Shown piece after piece: positions 1 to 12,436 of a DNA stretch of 64,000 bases. How positions within the stretch are numbered: position 1 is the stretch's first letter; each line of letters opens with the position of its first letter. The notes under the pieces were generated by a model, which was not told where the DNA came from, did no database searches, and saw only the letters and a program-made list of their open reading frames with translations. A program made the translations under genes and the position numbers. The stretch is from Diplonema japonicum (Eukaryota > Protista > Euglenozoa: Diplonemea): assembly GCA_964019335.1 (NCBI GenBank), contig OZ025662.1, positions 716,224-780,223 on the forward strand. The letters are read 5' to 3'.

Positions 1-725
1 GACCATATGCTGATGGCACCTACCCTGATGGAACAGTGATGCCTGGGCCTGACGGGAGATACCCAGATGGCAGCTATGCGCAGCCTGGTCCTGACGGCAG
101 GTATCCTGATGGTACATATGCAAAGCCAGGTCCCAATGGTCGGTACCCTGATGGTTCATACGCGATAGGCCCCGATGGTCGGTACCCTGATGGCGCCCAG
201 CCTGGTCCTGATGGAAGGTACCCCGACGGCACAATGGGCAGGCTTGGTGCTAATGGAAGGTACTTTGACCCCAGACCATATGCTGATGGCACCTACCCTG
301 ATGGCACGATAATGCCTGGGCCTGACGGGAGATACCCAGATGGCAGCTATGCGCAACCCGGTCCCGACGGTAGGTATCCTGATGGAACAATTGCGCTGGT
401 GGGTGTTGACGGAAGATATCCTGATGGGACGTATGAAAAGAAATCAGGTGTCCCTTCTGGGAGTCGTGGTGTCCCTTCTGGAAGTCGTGGTGTGCCAGGC
501 AACGACGGTGGACACCCCAGTGGTACTCGTGTTCCTGGCGGCTTTGGTTATGCAGCAGCAGTGTTAGGCCCTGATGGTAGGTACCCCGAAGGCACTGAGC
601 CTGGTCCGGATGGCAGGTATCCGGACGGCACAGTTGCGCAGCGTGGCCCTGACGGCAAGTACTTTGACCCCCGTCCTGCTGGTGGCAGCAGAGGCCTTGG
701 AAGCAGGCAAGGCCCCGACGGGATG
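1..725 (+). repeat. Coding tandem repeat (GPDGRYPDG units) with a 273-bp higher-order duplication
   Basis: Many GPDGRYPDG units in the translation; gaccatatgctgatggcacctaccctgatgg occurs at 1 and again at 274. Confidence 0.9.
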
Positions 726-2633
726 GCTGCTACGAGCGGTTCACGCAACGTGCCAGGCTCACCTGAGATGTCGACGTCAGCGAAGACAAATACTTTAATG
801 GGGGCTGGTGTAGGGGTGTTGGCGGGTGGTGCTATGGGTGGTGCGTTGATGAGTAATAAGAAAAGTGATAAAGAAAAAGACAAGCCAGAGGGGCTCATAT
901 ATCCAGACGGCGACGGGCCACTAATCAAGTCGCGGGACGAGATGAGGAGCAGTACGGGCATGGCTCCAAACACCACCCCCACCAGGGAGAGGAAGTCACC
1001 CATGTCCAACCCTTCTAACACCTTCCCAGGCAGCCAGCGCCCATCGGCCAGGTCAATCGAGCCGTTGGACTCGAACGATGACTTGCCGCGCTTTGGCAGC
1101 GATCCCTCTCCTCCATACCCAGTAGGCTCTAGTGGTAATAATGACCAGGGTGTGGATTTCGCAGCTATGCTTGCAGGGGCAGGAGTGGGCATGGCTGCGG
1201 GAGGTATTGTAGGGGCGGCTGCTGCTGGGGCAGCTGAAAAAGGGAGCTCACGAAGAGGCTCGGATGCAGACAGAAAAGGTGCGGAAGAAGGGACAACCGA
1301 TCCAAGGGGAGCCAAGCAGTCCGAACAAGGTTCTGCTAGACACGTCACGGAGGGGGCGAAGAGCGCGGCACTGCCTGGACAGACAGCAGGTCTCGCAGCT
1401 CAGCAGGCGTCCGCAGGACATAGCGCTGCAAACAGCCCCGCGAAGGGCAGTGAACAGGGAGACCAAGGTCGCCTGACAGAGGCGCACCGGGCTACGTCCG
1501 CATCTTCCGGACTGCCGTCTCTCTCCACGGAACAGAAAGTGGCTGGCGCCACAATTCTCGGAGCGTTGGCCATGAGCAAGGCTAGGAAGGAGTTCAAGAA
1601 AGATGTAAAAAACTACAGAGATTCTGAGAAAGATCGAAGGTATTAATATAATTCAAAGGTTGCATTCATCCAACCACAGGGACTGGCTGGCAAAAGGGAA
1701 GTCTGGGTCCATCGGGATGAACATGGACAGGGACATGAGGGTATGTTTTAAGGTGGAAATACTCTACTACCGACAGGTACTTGCGCTTGTGAGCAATGGA
1801 GCAGGGGTGCAGGCAGGGGTGGAGGTAGGTGACTTGATTCTGCAGATCGAGAGCATCCAGAAGGGCGGGGGGTGGGTAAAGATCCCGGTGCCCAATAGGG
1901 GGAGGTTCTTGGAGTCGGTGGGGCCTCAGAGCGAATTGTTCGCAGGGCGGGACGTGAAGATCACGCTGATCAGAGACCAACGTGAGCAGAGCAAGTGGAA
2001 GGCAATGAACCACCGTGCGCCGAGAAAGGGGTTCCAGCCAGACACCATCGTGTGGAACAACGCGATTGATGGCGCGAAGCACATGGTGGTGGAGGCAAAG
2101 CTGCAGGACGAAAGCGACAGGGTGATGGTGACACGGGAGAAGAGGATGCAACACATCAAGGAACAGAAAGGACTGAAACAGATGGACATAGGACTCATCA
2201 CTGACATTTTGTATGGAAAAGCAAGTAAAAAAAAAGAAATGTTTACAACTAAACAGGAACAATCCTCCAGCGGCCAGGGAGTACATACGTAGGGTCTTCA
2301 CCAAGGCTGATGACTCCCACAAGGGTAAAATAGGACTCACTGGGCTGGTGTCTGTGTGCACTGATGTGGCAATTGCTACTGGCTGCCCACCCCCTGGTAA
2401 GGAGGATTCCCAACGTCTGTTTGACTCTATAGACACCAAGCACGACGGGTATGTGGAAAATAGTAACAAAGAAAAAGTATTTTTGTTTTTCTTTTCACAG
2501 AGCTGTTTCGTTTGACTTGTTCTTCCCTTACTTCCGACTTTACCAGATCAAGACTATAGCCAGGCACCATGAAACGATAGAGTATGTGAAGGGGGGGGGA
2601 AAAGAAAAAAGAGGGGTAAACAAATACAGGTAA
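1..2633 (+). CDS. 5'-partial protein with GPDGRYPDG repeats, a PDZ-like domain and C-terminal EF-hands
   Basis: ORFs 36-1646, 1660-2292, 2213-2515 and 2451-2633 join in frame via GT-AG introns 1640-1679, 1741-1776 (in-frame, probable), 2211-2256, 2449-2500 and 2582-2629; stop TAA 2631-2633. Motifs: PDZ-like AGVEVGDLILQI; EF-hand-like DDSHKGKIG and DTKHDG. Confidence 0.75.
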
Positions 2634-4046
2634 GAGAACTAAAACAAGAGTTTAAAAAATAAAAATAAAATGGAACGAATAGAAAGGAGAAAAGAAGGGA
2701 GAAGGGGGGGGAATATTTTCCCCTCCCCTGCCTTCTTTTTCTTCCCCCGTATCTTCCCCAGCCCCTCTTCCAGCATTTTGTCAAGTCATTGCCGTCGTGG
2801 CCCGATTCAACAAACTGGAACCCAATTGCATGTCAGTTTTTTTTTTTTTTTTTAATACTTCTTAAAGATGAACACAAGGCAGATGGATATCCAAGGCTTC
2901 TTTTTTGCGGCTATTTTTCTTCCCCCCCCCCCCGGCAGTTCTTCATTGCCATATCTTCACTCGGAGGCTTCCTTTTATAGTCAATTGAAAGCGCCAAGCG
3001 GAGACCGTGAAAAGAAGGTCCTCTCTTTGTTCTTTTTAACCCTTCTGAATACTCACCCCGAGTCGAAATGTGTCTTTGTGTCTATTCTTATTGGGGGAAT
3101 CATGCAATAAAACTTCTCCTCTTATGGCGATCTTTCTTCTTGCTTCCCCCCTTTTTTTTCTTCTTCCGTGTTTGTCTTTATTCTTTTAGTTTCTGTTCAC
3201 TGTGTGTGTAAAAGATCTGGTTTCAGTAAAGAGGCCCCCCCCCTTGGCTTGTATTGGTTTTTCTTCTCCCCCTGCCAGTCAGTTCTCATCCTCCACTTCG
3301 TGAATTTTATTTCTTTTTTTTTTCCCCTTTATATTGCTCCTTTTGGGTGCATGAGTTTTTAATCTGTGAGTCGTGCTTGAAAATGGTCCTTTTCCTTCTT
3401 TCATCATAGTGAATTATATTTCTTTTCACCCTCCCATATCTCTAACAAGGGAAGGTTTTGCGAACAAAGATTTGTTCGCAAGAAGAGAGGGTGGGGTTTC
3501 TCTCTTTCTTTTTCCCTCAATTCCAGGATCAATATTGCTGTATGTGCCCCCGCCTATAGGAGGAGAACTGAGACAGAGGGAAAACAAAAATTTAAAAAAA
3601 GGAATTTCCCACCAAGTCGGGGGAATAGAAAGAAAAGCGAAAAAAAAAAAAAGAGAAGGAAAAAGGAACCAGCAGGGTATCATACCCCTCGCCCCCCTTC
3701 CCTTCCCCATCTGTACCCCATCGCCCCTTCCCAGCCTTGTTCAGTTTTTTTTTTTTTTTTTTTTTTTTTTGTTGTTTCATTCTTTCAAAAACACTTTGCC
3801 CTTTTTACAACCATTGGTCGGGCTGGCCACCCATAGATCGTAGAGCGGCTCCTTTACCTTGGCCTTTCTTGCCAATGGTCCATTCGAATAGGCCGAGTAC
3901 CGCGTTGCACCTTCTCTGTCTGCCCAGATGCAACTGTCAAGGGTGAGTAGCTGAACTCTCTTGTTGCAGTCATTCCTTTGAAGCACAAGAAGAAGAAGAA
4001 GAAAGAAACATTAGTGTTCCCAGCATACAAAAAGAAAGAAGAAAAG

Positions 4047-5627
4047 ATGGTGAAAATAAAGTTGAAGCACGAGAAGACGAAATATGAGCTGGATGTGGAC
4101 ACTGCCGCGGGGATAGAGGTGCTGCGGGCACAGATTCAAAGCACGACTGGCGTGCCTGGTGACAGGCAGAAGATCGTTATTAAGGGCAAGGAGCTGAAGG
4201 AGGGTGACGATCTGGCATCGAAAATCACCCCCAACCTGGTGGCCATGTTGATGGGGAGTGCCGAGGCCGTGCCTGAGAAGCCGAAGGAGGAGCACAAGTT
4301 CATTGAAGATGTGGCTGGTTCAGCAGTCGTTGACATGAGGCCACCCGGTCTGAATAACCTCGACAACACATGCTACCTGAACGCCTCTGTGCAGTGCTTC
4401 AAGATGATCCCCGAGCTCAGGAAGAAGCTTGATGAAGTTAAGGCGCCTCCCACACCATCGCAGGAGGGGTATGACAAGTCACACACACACACACGCACAC
4501 AGGGTGCTCGCCATGTTGAAGGCGCTGTACGCTGAGATCGAAAAGAACAAGTCCGGGGAGCCTGTGACACCCATGATGTTCGTCATGATGTGCCGTGCCT
4601 TCTGGCCGCAGTTCGACCAGCAGGTACAGGGGAGATATGCTCAGCAGGACGCTGAGGAATACTGCGGCGAGCTGATGCAGGCCTTCTCTGTCCTGAAGGA
4701 CAAGGACACCGACATGGACCTGTGCCAGCAGCTGTTCGAAGGTGAGTACGAAGAGATCTCTGCGTGCAAGGAACCCGGCGCAGAGGCAGAGCCACCCACC
4801 ACCAACTACAGCACCTTCCGCATCATGAGGTGCACGCTGGACACGGACACGACCACTGTGGAGGCAGGCCTCGAGAGGGCGATGATCCAGGAGCGTGAGA
4901 AGACCTCACCGACATTGGGGAGGAACGCTATTTACACAGTGACCGCAAAGCTGAACAGGCTGCCAACGTACTTGTGGATCAATCTGGTGAGGTTCGAGTG
5001 GAGGAAGGACATTGGGAAGAAGACTAAGAAGCTCAGGAAGATCGTGTTCCCGTTCAGGCTGGACGCCTTCACGCTGTGCAGCGACGGGTTCAAAGAGAGG
5101 ATGAAGGACTCCCGTGAGCAGCTGAAGGACGAGAGGGACAAGGTGCTGGAAGCGAAGAGAAAAGACAAACAAGAGAAGAGGGACAAACCTGCTGAAGAAC
5201 TGAAAAAAGAAGGAGACACCGTGATGGCACAGAGTGTTGATGGGGAGAAGAAGGACGAAGACGCTGTGATGGCAGAGGCACCCATCGAAATAGGCAACAA
5301 CAATGCTTACTACGACCTGTGCGGCATCGTGACTCACAGGGGGAGGGATGCTGACTCGGGGCATTACATCGGCTGGACCCTGCAGGACGACGGGAAATGG
5401 ATGTGTTTTGATGACCACAAGGTGACACAGGTCACTGAGGACAAGATCAAGGTATGCGCGTGGTGTACCTTATTCGATAATATAAATTTACCTTTTTTTT
5501 TTTTTTTTTGCAGGAGCTTGCTGGTGGTGGCGAGTCTGACAGCGCTTACCTCCTTCTCTACAGGTCCAAAGACCCGGTATGTTCGGGGAGGCAAAAAAAA
5601 ATTTCCTTCCCCCTATAAAAAAAAAAG

Positions 5628-5658
<31 letters not shown>

Positions 5659-5689
5659 ATAGGCTGGTAAGAGTGCTGGTATCTTCTAG
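4047..5689 (+). CDS. USP14: Ubiquitin carboxyl-terminal hydrolase 14/Ubp6 (UBL plus USP domain)
   Basis: N-terminal UBL; Cys box GLNNLDNTCYLN; QQDAEE; His box HRGRDADSGHY; introns 4469-4502, 5452-5513, 5577-5662 restore the frame; stop TAG 5687-5689. Confidence 0.93.
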
Positions 5690-6408
5690 GATTAAAAAAA
5701 AAAAGAAAAAAAAAGGTTTTTGGAGTGTTTTTTTTTTTAGAAAGTGTTTTTATTTTATTTTATTTGTCTTAAGATTATTATCCCTCTCTTTTTGTTGTTA
5801 TCTAGCCTTTCTAATGCAACATGGAATAATGGTTGGTGTGGCTTTTTTTTTTTTTGAGGAAAAAGAAAATAAAGGAAAAAAAAACACCACCTCCCCCCTT
5901 TTTTTAAATAAGAACCAAGTAGAGGAAGTTAGACTTTTTTTCCCCCCTGGTTCAGATTTCTTTTTTTTTTTTTAAAGGTTAACTACGGAGGAAGGCACAA
6001 AGATACCGGGGAGGGCAGCAGGGGGAAAGGGGAGAGAAGAATAAGCACCAAAGTAGCAACGGTATAACAAAGACCTAGCTTTCCAAAGAAGTAAAAGAAT
6101 TAAAATGTACACTAGAAATGAAGAAAGCGATCGGACTCTTGTATCTGGCTTTTCTTTTTTCTTTTTTTAACAAGATCCCCAGTCGCGGTGGGCACCAACC
6201 AGCGCACTGCAAAAGACAATAAAATCGAGTATATATTTTTTTTCTCTCTCTTCTTCAGTCTGTTGCATCTGTCATAAGCATAAGTGCAAACTCCGTCCTT
6301 CTTACACCTGCATTCTTTCTCTTTTTCTTCTTTTTTTTTTTATATTTATTTTACGCATGAGAATATTACCTAAAAGGGAAGACCAAAAAAGAAAAAAGGA
6401 AGAAAAAA

Positions 6409-7263
6409 ATGGAGTTGTGGATGATAGGCCACACGAACCTGTTCAGACTGACAGGCGACATCTTGCATCTAATCAGCGTCCTGATCGTATTGCAGAAGAT
6501 GCTGAAAATGAGAAGCTGTACTGGCCTGTCTTTGAAGTCCCAGCTCGCCTACGCTATCGTTTTCACAACAAGGTACATCCCATCCTTCAGCTTTGATAGC
6601 ACGGTATGAGCAAGGGGGGAAAGAAAAAAAAAAAAGAAATTTCCATCCCAACAGCTTTACGTCATTTTCATGAAGCTCTTCTTCCTGCTGAGCTCATGGT
6701 ACATAGTATTCTTGATCAGAACAAGGAACCCGTGGAAGGTATTTTTTATTTTCCTTAAAAAGAAGATTTTTTTTTATAGGCCACCTATGATGAGAGACTC
6801 GATTCATTCAAGATGCGCTACCTAATCGTGCCCTGTGTGATCCTTGCCTTCATCTTCCATTACGATAGGCCTCACCATCAGATAGCAGAGCTCCTTTGGA
6901 CTTTCTCGCAGTACCTCGAAGCCGTTGCAATCATCCCTCAGCTGTCCCTACTTACAGTTGTCCTTGAGCAGGGCAGAAAGTGGGAGCTTCTCACCGGTCA
7001 CTACGTCTTCGCGCTCGGGATGTACAGGGCCTTCTACGTGATGAACTGGGTATGCAAAAAAAAAAAAAAAAAAAAAAAAAACGAAAAAAGATTATTTTAT
7101 TTTTTATCAGATCTACCGCTACTGGACAGAGGGCCACTGGAATTGGGTGGATTCTACCTCGGGCATCATCCAGACCTTCCTGTACTCTGAGTTCTTCTAC
7201 AAGTACCTCCAGGGGATCAAGGAGCTTCGGAAAGAGGGGCTCCCCACGCACATGATGGATTGA
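6409..7263 (+). CDS. ERD2: ER lumen protein-retaining (KDEL/HDEL) receptor
   Basis: NLFRLTGDILHL, SCTGLSLKSQ, LWTFSQYLEAVAIIPQL and HYVFALGMYRAFYVMNW motifs; introns at about 6604-6653, 6739-6779 and 7050-7110. Confidence 0.93.
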
Positions 7264-7768
7264 GAGGGAAAAGGAAGAAGAATATAAAAGAAAAAGAACC
7301 GGCTTGTTTTTTTTTCTTTCTTTTTTTTTTTTTTTCCAGGAAGGGAAGGTGGGGAGACAAAGAATGAAGAGAGAGGCAAAGCCTTGGGCCGGCTGTCATC
7401 AGCTATTGCGCCACCGAGCGGCTCACTCCAAATGTGTCGCCTGAGAACACCCACCCCACCCTGTGTACTTTATGGTACATTTGGAGCAGACTGTGGTGGT
7501 CGTACGTTAAAGGATCGATTTTTTTTGTCCCCCTTTTTTTTTCCTTTAGTAATTTTTTTTTTCCTGTGGCTGCACGCCAGCAGATAGCCAACACGGCATA
7601 TCTCCTGTGCTGCCTTCGTAGTGTTCTTCGGCATAAGGTGTGTCTCTGGAGGTTAAGAGAGATGTGGCGGCTAGTGTGCTGGTGATCATGTAAGGTTTCT
7701 TTTTTTTTTTTTATCGGTTATTTTATGTACTTCTGTCCATTCTGTCTTCAGCACTACGCAGTGTGAAC

Positions 7769-8297
7769 ATGCCGGCGCCACAGCTTTCTGCCCTTGCGAT
7801 CATAAGCAAGAAAGGCACACCAATCTTCACTGTTGTGTACGGGGACGTGAGTGATGAGGATGCACTGTGGCTGCAGTGTACCATGGTGTGCAGCCTTGAC
7901 TCTCTAGAGGAAAAGGTGAAAGGAGTGCTGAGCACAGCAGCGATGCAAGATAGAAAGACGCCGCAGGTAGACAAGTATGCCCTCTTGCCTTACCACACCA
8001 CACTTCACAGCAAATATCTCGGGTTCATTATGCCCGCAACAGAGTACCGTGTGTACGGGTCGACATCCAACACAATGGTGAAGCTCCTCGCCATCACAAA
8101 AGGCGAGTGCCGAGAGCAGGAACTGAAGACGATACTTAAGTCTTTGCACGACGTCTACAGCCGCTACGTATGTCCTTCCCCCACCTTATTCCTCTCAGGT
8201 GTGCAACCCATTCTACGAGTTCGATACTGAGATAACTTCCACTAACTTCCACAAACAAGTCGACCAGATAGTGAAGGACACCCCCCTCCGCGTCTAG
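7769..8297 (+). CDS. TRAPPC2L: Sedlin-family TRAPP subunit (TRAPPC2-like)
   Basis: ALAIISKKGTPIF, CSLDSLEEK, YLG..YRVYG..SNTMVK and VCNPFY motifs; introns 7975-8010 and 8168-8198; stop TAG 8295-8297. Confidence 0.82.
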
Positions 8298-8356
8298 CCT
8301 CAGTCCAGTGTACCGTTATTTGTTGGAAGCCTGCCAGCAGCCTCCGCGCAGGTAAC

Positions 8357-9100
8357 ATGGAGAGCGTGGTGCCCGCAGTGCTGGCAGGCGTGGCGGAGGC
8401 AGTCACAGTGCAACCGCTGGACATGGTGAAGACGCGGATGCAGCTCAGCACTGTGAGGATAAGCATGCGGCAGGCTGGGTTGGAGGTGTGGCACAGGGGT
8501 TTCGGGGGCTTCTACCGAGGGGGCGGGGTCGAGATGGGGAGCATAGTGGTTGCAAGGGGGACGTGCTTCCTAGTGTACGATGCTCTGGAGCTGCTTGGGG
8601 CACGCAATGAAGTGGTGAAGGGGGCAGTGGCTGGGGGCGTGGAGGCTGTGGTTGTGACGCCATTGCAGGTGGTGAAGGTGAGGATGCAGAGCAAGGCATT
8701 TTTGACTAAGTACCAAAATCCCTACCAATGTACTATGCTGACTCTGAAAGAGGAAGGCCCACGTGCTTTCGCATCAGGCTTGCAGGCAACCATCCTACGG
8801 AATTGCGTGTGGACTGCTGGCTACTTCTCGCTGATGGCGCAGCTCACTTTCCTTCCAATTTCCGTCTCAGGCTTCGTGGCAGGTGCTGCCTCTGCTGCCT
8901 TGAACGCACCCTTTGACGTCATCAAATCCGTCCAGCAGGAGGCTGTGCACAAGCAGTCTGTCTTCAAGACTGCTGCCGCCATCCTCGCACACGGGGGGCC
9001 CCTAGGCCTGTACAAGGGTGTGCTACCCAAGATCCTCCGCATGGGGGTTGGGGGGTCGGTGAGTATAACAATGTTGAAGTACGCTAAAACCTTTTTTGAA
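8357..9100 (+). CDS. Mitochondrial carrier (SLC25 family, possibly 2-oxodicarboxylate carrier-like); 3' end uncertain
   Basis: Three PX[D/E]XX[K/R] signatures: PLDMVKTRMQ, PLQVVKVRMQ, PFDVIKSVQQ. The ORF formally runs to 9340, but carrier similarity ends near the T-run at 9092-9097. Confidence 0.88.
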
Positions 9101-9188
9101 GTTTGCTTTTTTTCGCGACACGAACAAACTATATCAAATGCACAAAAACAGAACCTAAAGAAAAAAGAAAAAGATCTTAACAAACACA

Positions 9189-10209
9189 ATGATGCAGCCC
9201 ATGCAGTTCGTGATGCCCCAGCAAATGATGCAGCAGCAGATGTTGCCCCAACAGATGATGCAGCAGCAGATGATGCCTCAACAAATGGTGCAGCAGCAGA
9301 TGATGATGGTTGCAACCCCGGTATGTTGCACAAGCCGTAGCACAAGAAGAAAAAAAAAAACAGAACGGTAACCAGGCCATGATGGTGCCTGTGATGTGTG
9401 TTCCCCAGCAGCCAATGATGTTGATGCCGTCCCTGCAAACGGTTGACTTGAAGACAGGTCTGCAGCACCCTTTGATGAAGTGCGTGGACAACATTTCGCT
9501 GGAAGCGAGGAGCCACGAGGTGTCCAGCGACCACACCTCCAGCACAACTGAGGAGCTTGTGACACCGGTTCACAACCAGCAGCAGGGCAACAGCAGCGTG
9601 GCGGTTCTGTCTGCTATTCTAAGGGCATCTGGCAACACGCCTGTGACGGGTTTGGCTGGCGCACTTGCGAAGAGGCTGCGCAACAAGCAGGAAGTGGTGA
9701 TCGAGGCGATGGGCCCAACGAGCGTAGCACAGGCGATGAGGGCCATGATCTTGGCAAGGAGCTTCCTGTTCCAGGAGGGCATCATGATCACGGGGAACAG
9801 TGACTTCATGTTTGCCCCGAGCAGGGAAGCAGGGTCTGTGTCCCCCCACCCAGGGCTTCGCTTCACGGTTAACGGAGTGCAAACACCTCAAGAGGAGCCG
9901 AAGTACGATGACACCCTGAACATCACAGACGAGAGTGTTGTAGGGAAGGCTGCAGGTGCCATCTCCAAGCTGGTGAGGAGCACCGGGTCAAGGGGAGGAG
10001 TGCTTGGTCTCACGTTCGGTCCCTCTCCAGGGGCCATCAACTTGGCTGCCAAGGCCATCACGCTCTCTCGTGCAATGCTCGTTGAGGACAACCTTGATAT
10101 CAAAATCCAGCCCATGATGCCCAAGTCTGTTTATGGCTCGAGGATCCAGCCAGAAGAACAGGTCCTTGAATTTGCCGTGACTACCTACATCAGGTCTTTG
10201 CAAAACTGA
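9189..10209 (+). CDS. Protein with an M/Q-rich N-terminus and two tandem SpoVS-like (Alba-fold) domains
   Basis: Exon 9189-9320, intron 9321-9375, exon 9376-10209 in frame. LAGALAKRLRNKQEVVIEAMGPTSVAQAMRAMILARSFL and AAGAISKLVR..GAINLAAKAITLSR match the SpoVS pattern VAGA.A......E.QA.GAGA.NQAVKA.A.AR. Confidence 0.8.
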
Positions 10210-12098
10210 TACCTGTGAGCAGCTGTCTCACTCTGGACTGCCTGGGGTTTCCCGTTGCAGCCTTCACTGAAACCTTTATTTTTTTTTTTCCCTTCCATAT
10301 TTTGTTCTTCTCTCCTTTTATTATTATTCCTTCCTTTGCCTTTTTTTCTCCCCCCCCCCTCCTCGAGTTTGTTTTCTTTTTTTTTCTTTTTTTTTCTTTT
10401 CAGGTTTTTTTTCTTTTCTTTGTTATCTACCTTTTTTTTTTAAATGCTGCTGTGTCAAGGCTCTGATGCACCTCGTCCAGTAGGAAGAAAGGTATTTTCT
10501 TTTTTTTTCCTTCCTTTTTTTTCACCTTAACATATCCTTTTTTTTTTTTTTGCTATAAAGAAATTCGAAAGAAGATGAAAAAGAAGAAGACGAAGGTTAG
10601 AAACAACAAAAGAAAAAGAAGAAGGAAAAGGAAGAGGTAAGCAATTCCTCCTGACTGACCAGAAGTACGAACGACTGTTGGAAAAAAAAAAAAACAGGGG
10701 TGCTTTGGGCTTTTCTTAATCTTTCTTTATAAGCCCTCCTGATTTTGCCGGCTTTGGCCCGTTTTTTTGGATTTACTTTATATTGGATGCTAGGGGAATG
10801 GCTACTCGTGGTGCCCTGCTCCTGTTTGGCCCCCGCCTTGGCGTTCAGTGACCATGCAACATTTTTTTTTTTTGATGTAGTAAAGACCGTGGGCTGGCAT
10901 GTGGCTGTATTCGAGAGGGTTTGATTTTTTTTTTTCCCTTCTTCTTTTCTTTTTTATACTTTTTTTTTTTTCATTTTTTTTTTCTTCAGTATCTTTTCGT
11001 TCTCTTTTCCTCTTTTTCTTTTTTCTTTTTCCATCCAAGACGCCTTTTCTAAGGTCAGGGTTGAGGGGGTGGGAGGGGGTCTTGACAACTGATGATGCCC
11101 TCTCTACAGAGGAACAAGAATAATTTAAGAACACTGCAGGCAACAAAGAGAACAAAGAATCTGCACTGAGAAGGGTCTTAGGTGTCTCCTCCTCCGCCTC
11201 CTTTTTTTTTTTTTTTTTGACACCTTCTTATTTTGTAAAACTAGCATAGGATTGAAAGATAAGGGGAGGGGAAAGTCCTTCTCTTTCTTTTTTTCTTTTC
11301 GAAAAGCCTTTCTGAGGCCACTGGGAGACAGTGGTGGGAAAATATTTTTTTTTAACCATTAAATAAGTTTTTAGAGGCGCGAGGGCTCACGCGGGCAGTG
11401 CTGATCACCCAGATGGTCGGGGGTGCCACACGGGGACACTTAACTAGCACCAGCTGGGAGAGCGAAATCACTCAGTCTCTGCAAGCCTTTTTTTCCCCAA
11501 AACCCGTCCTTTAATGGTTAAAAAGAAGAAAAAAAAAAAGAAATATATTATACTGTCCTTTCTTCTCATTCTCTATTTTTTTTTTTTTTTTTTTTTACTA
11601 AGAATTGTTTCTTTATTTTTATTCTTTATTCTACATTTCTATTTTCTTTTCTCCCTTCCTTTCCCCCTCCCTGAATTTAACAAGATGAAAAAAAAAAACA
11701 AAAAAAAAAGTTTTAAGAAAAAAAGAGCCCTTAGGAGCTCTGTGCAAGGGCTCATCTTTTCCCCCTTTCTTCTTTTCTCGACAGGGTGGGAAAGACAAAA
11801 GCAAAAAAAAGAAAAAAAAAGACAAAAAGAAAAGAAAAAGAAGTAACTAACACAGGGTCGGAAGAAATTAACAATTTTCTTGGACCCGGAGAACGAAAAG
11901 AAAAGAAAAGAAAAAAAGAAGAGAGCGGTCTGCAACATCCACTTCTTTTTCGCTTACTTTAAGAAGATGCCATAAAAGAAGGGGGAAAAAAAAAAAAAAA
12001 GGAAGAAAAAAAAAAGAAAACCCAATGTTTATGACTCTGGTTCAGTCACAACTTAAGCAGAGAAAAGAGAGGGAAAAAATAATCCAATTTAAATTTAA

Positions 12099-12378
12099 CC
12101 CATAAAGGGCCGCTGTTTTTGGTCTAAAAAGTCGATTTTGAACTTTTCGTTCTGACAATAATAAATGGCAAAGGGTGGAGTTATAAGGTGTCTAACCATA
12201 AGATTGCGCCCTTTAGCCATTCTGCCCACCCGCGATAGCCTCTTAATAGGGCCGCTCTGTATAGCACTAAAGATGCCTTAGCAGAATTAAAAAGTTTTTT
12301 GCGGGCCGTTGCTAACCACTTCGTTCCTATCATGGTGAATTTTTTTTTGACTGATAAATTAACTCCAGTCCTTTATGG

Positions 12379-12379
<1 letters not shown>
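12099..12379. mobile_element. piggyBac-like non-autonomous element (MITE)
   Basis: TTAA|CCCATAAAGG at 12095-12108 and CCTTTATGGG|TTTAA at 12370-12384: a 10-bp TIR starting with CCC, flanked by TTAA-like sequence. Confidence 0.5.
12301..12348 (+). repeat. Dispersed ~45-bp repeat family A, copy 1
   Basis: gcgggccgttgctaaccacttcgttcctatcatggtgaatttttt, near-identical at 13395 and 31905. Confidence 0.9.

Positions 12380-12436
<57 letters not shown>

Noticed and set aside
548-2469. Long minus-strand ORFs opposite gene 1 (and similar ones opposite other genes)
   Set aside because: Antisense shadows of real + strand CDS; no motifs.
9100-9340. C-terminal extension of the mitochondrial carrier overlapping the SpoVS-like gene's first exon
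   Set aside because: Most simply a homopolymer length error or slip at the T-run near 9092-9097; one more T would give a TGA stop.
11088-11172. Possible C/D snoRNA (TGATGA...CTGA)
   Set aside because: No terminal stem or recognisable rRNA guide; such short boxes occur by chance.
12165-12240. tRNA-like sequence on the minus strand (TGGGCAGAATGGCTAA...ACTCCACCCTTTGCCA)
   Set aside because: No TTC T-loop and no consistent cloverleaf; at best a relic. Needs tRNAscan-SE.
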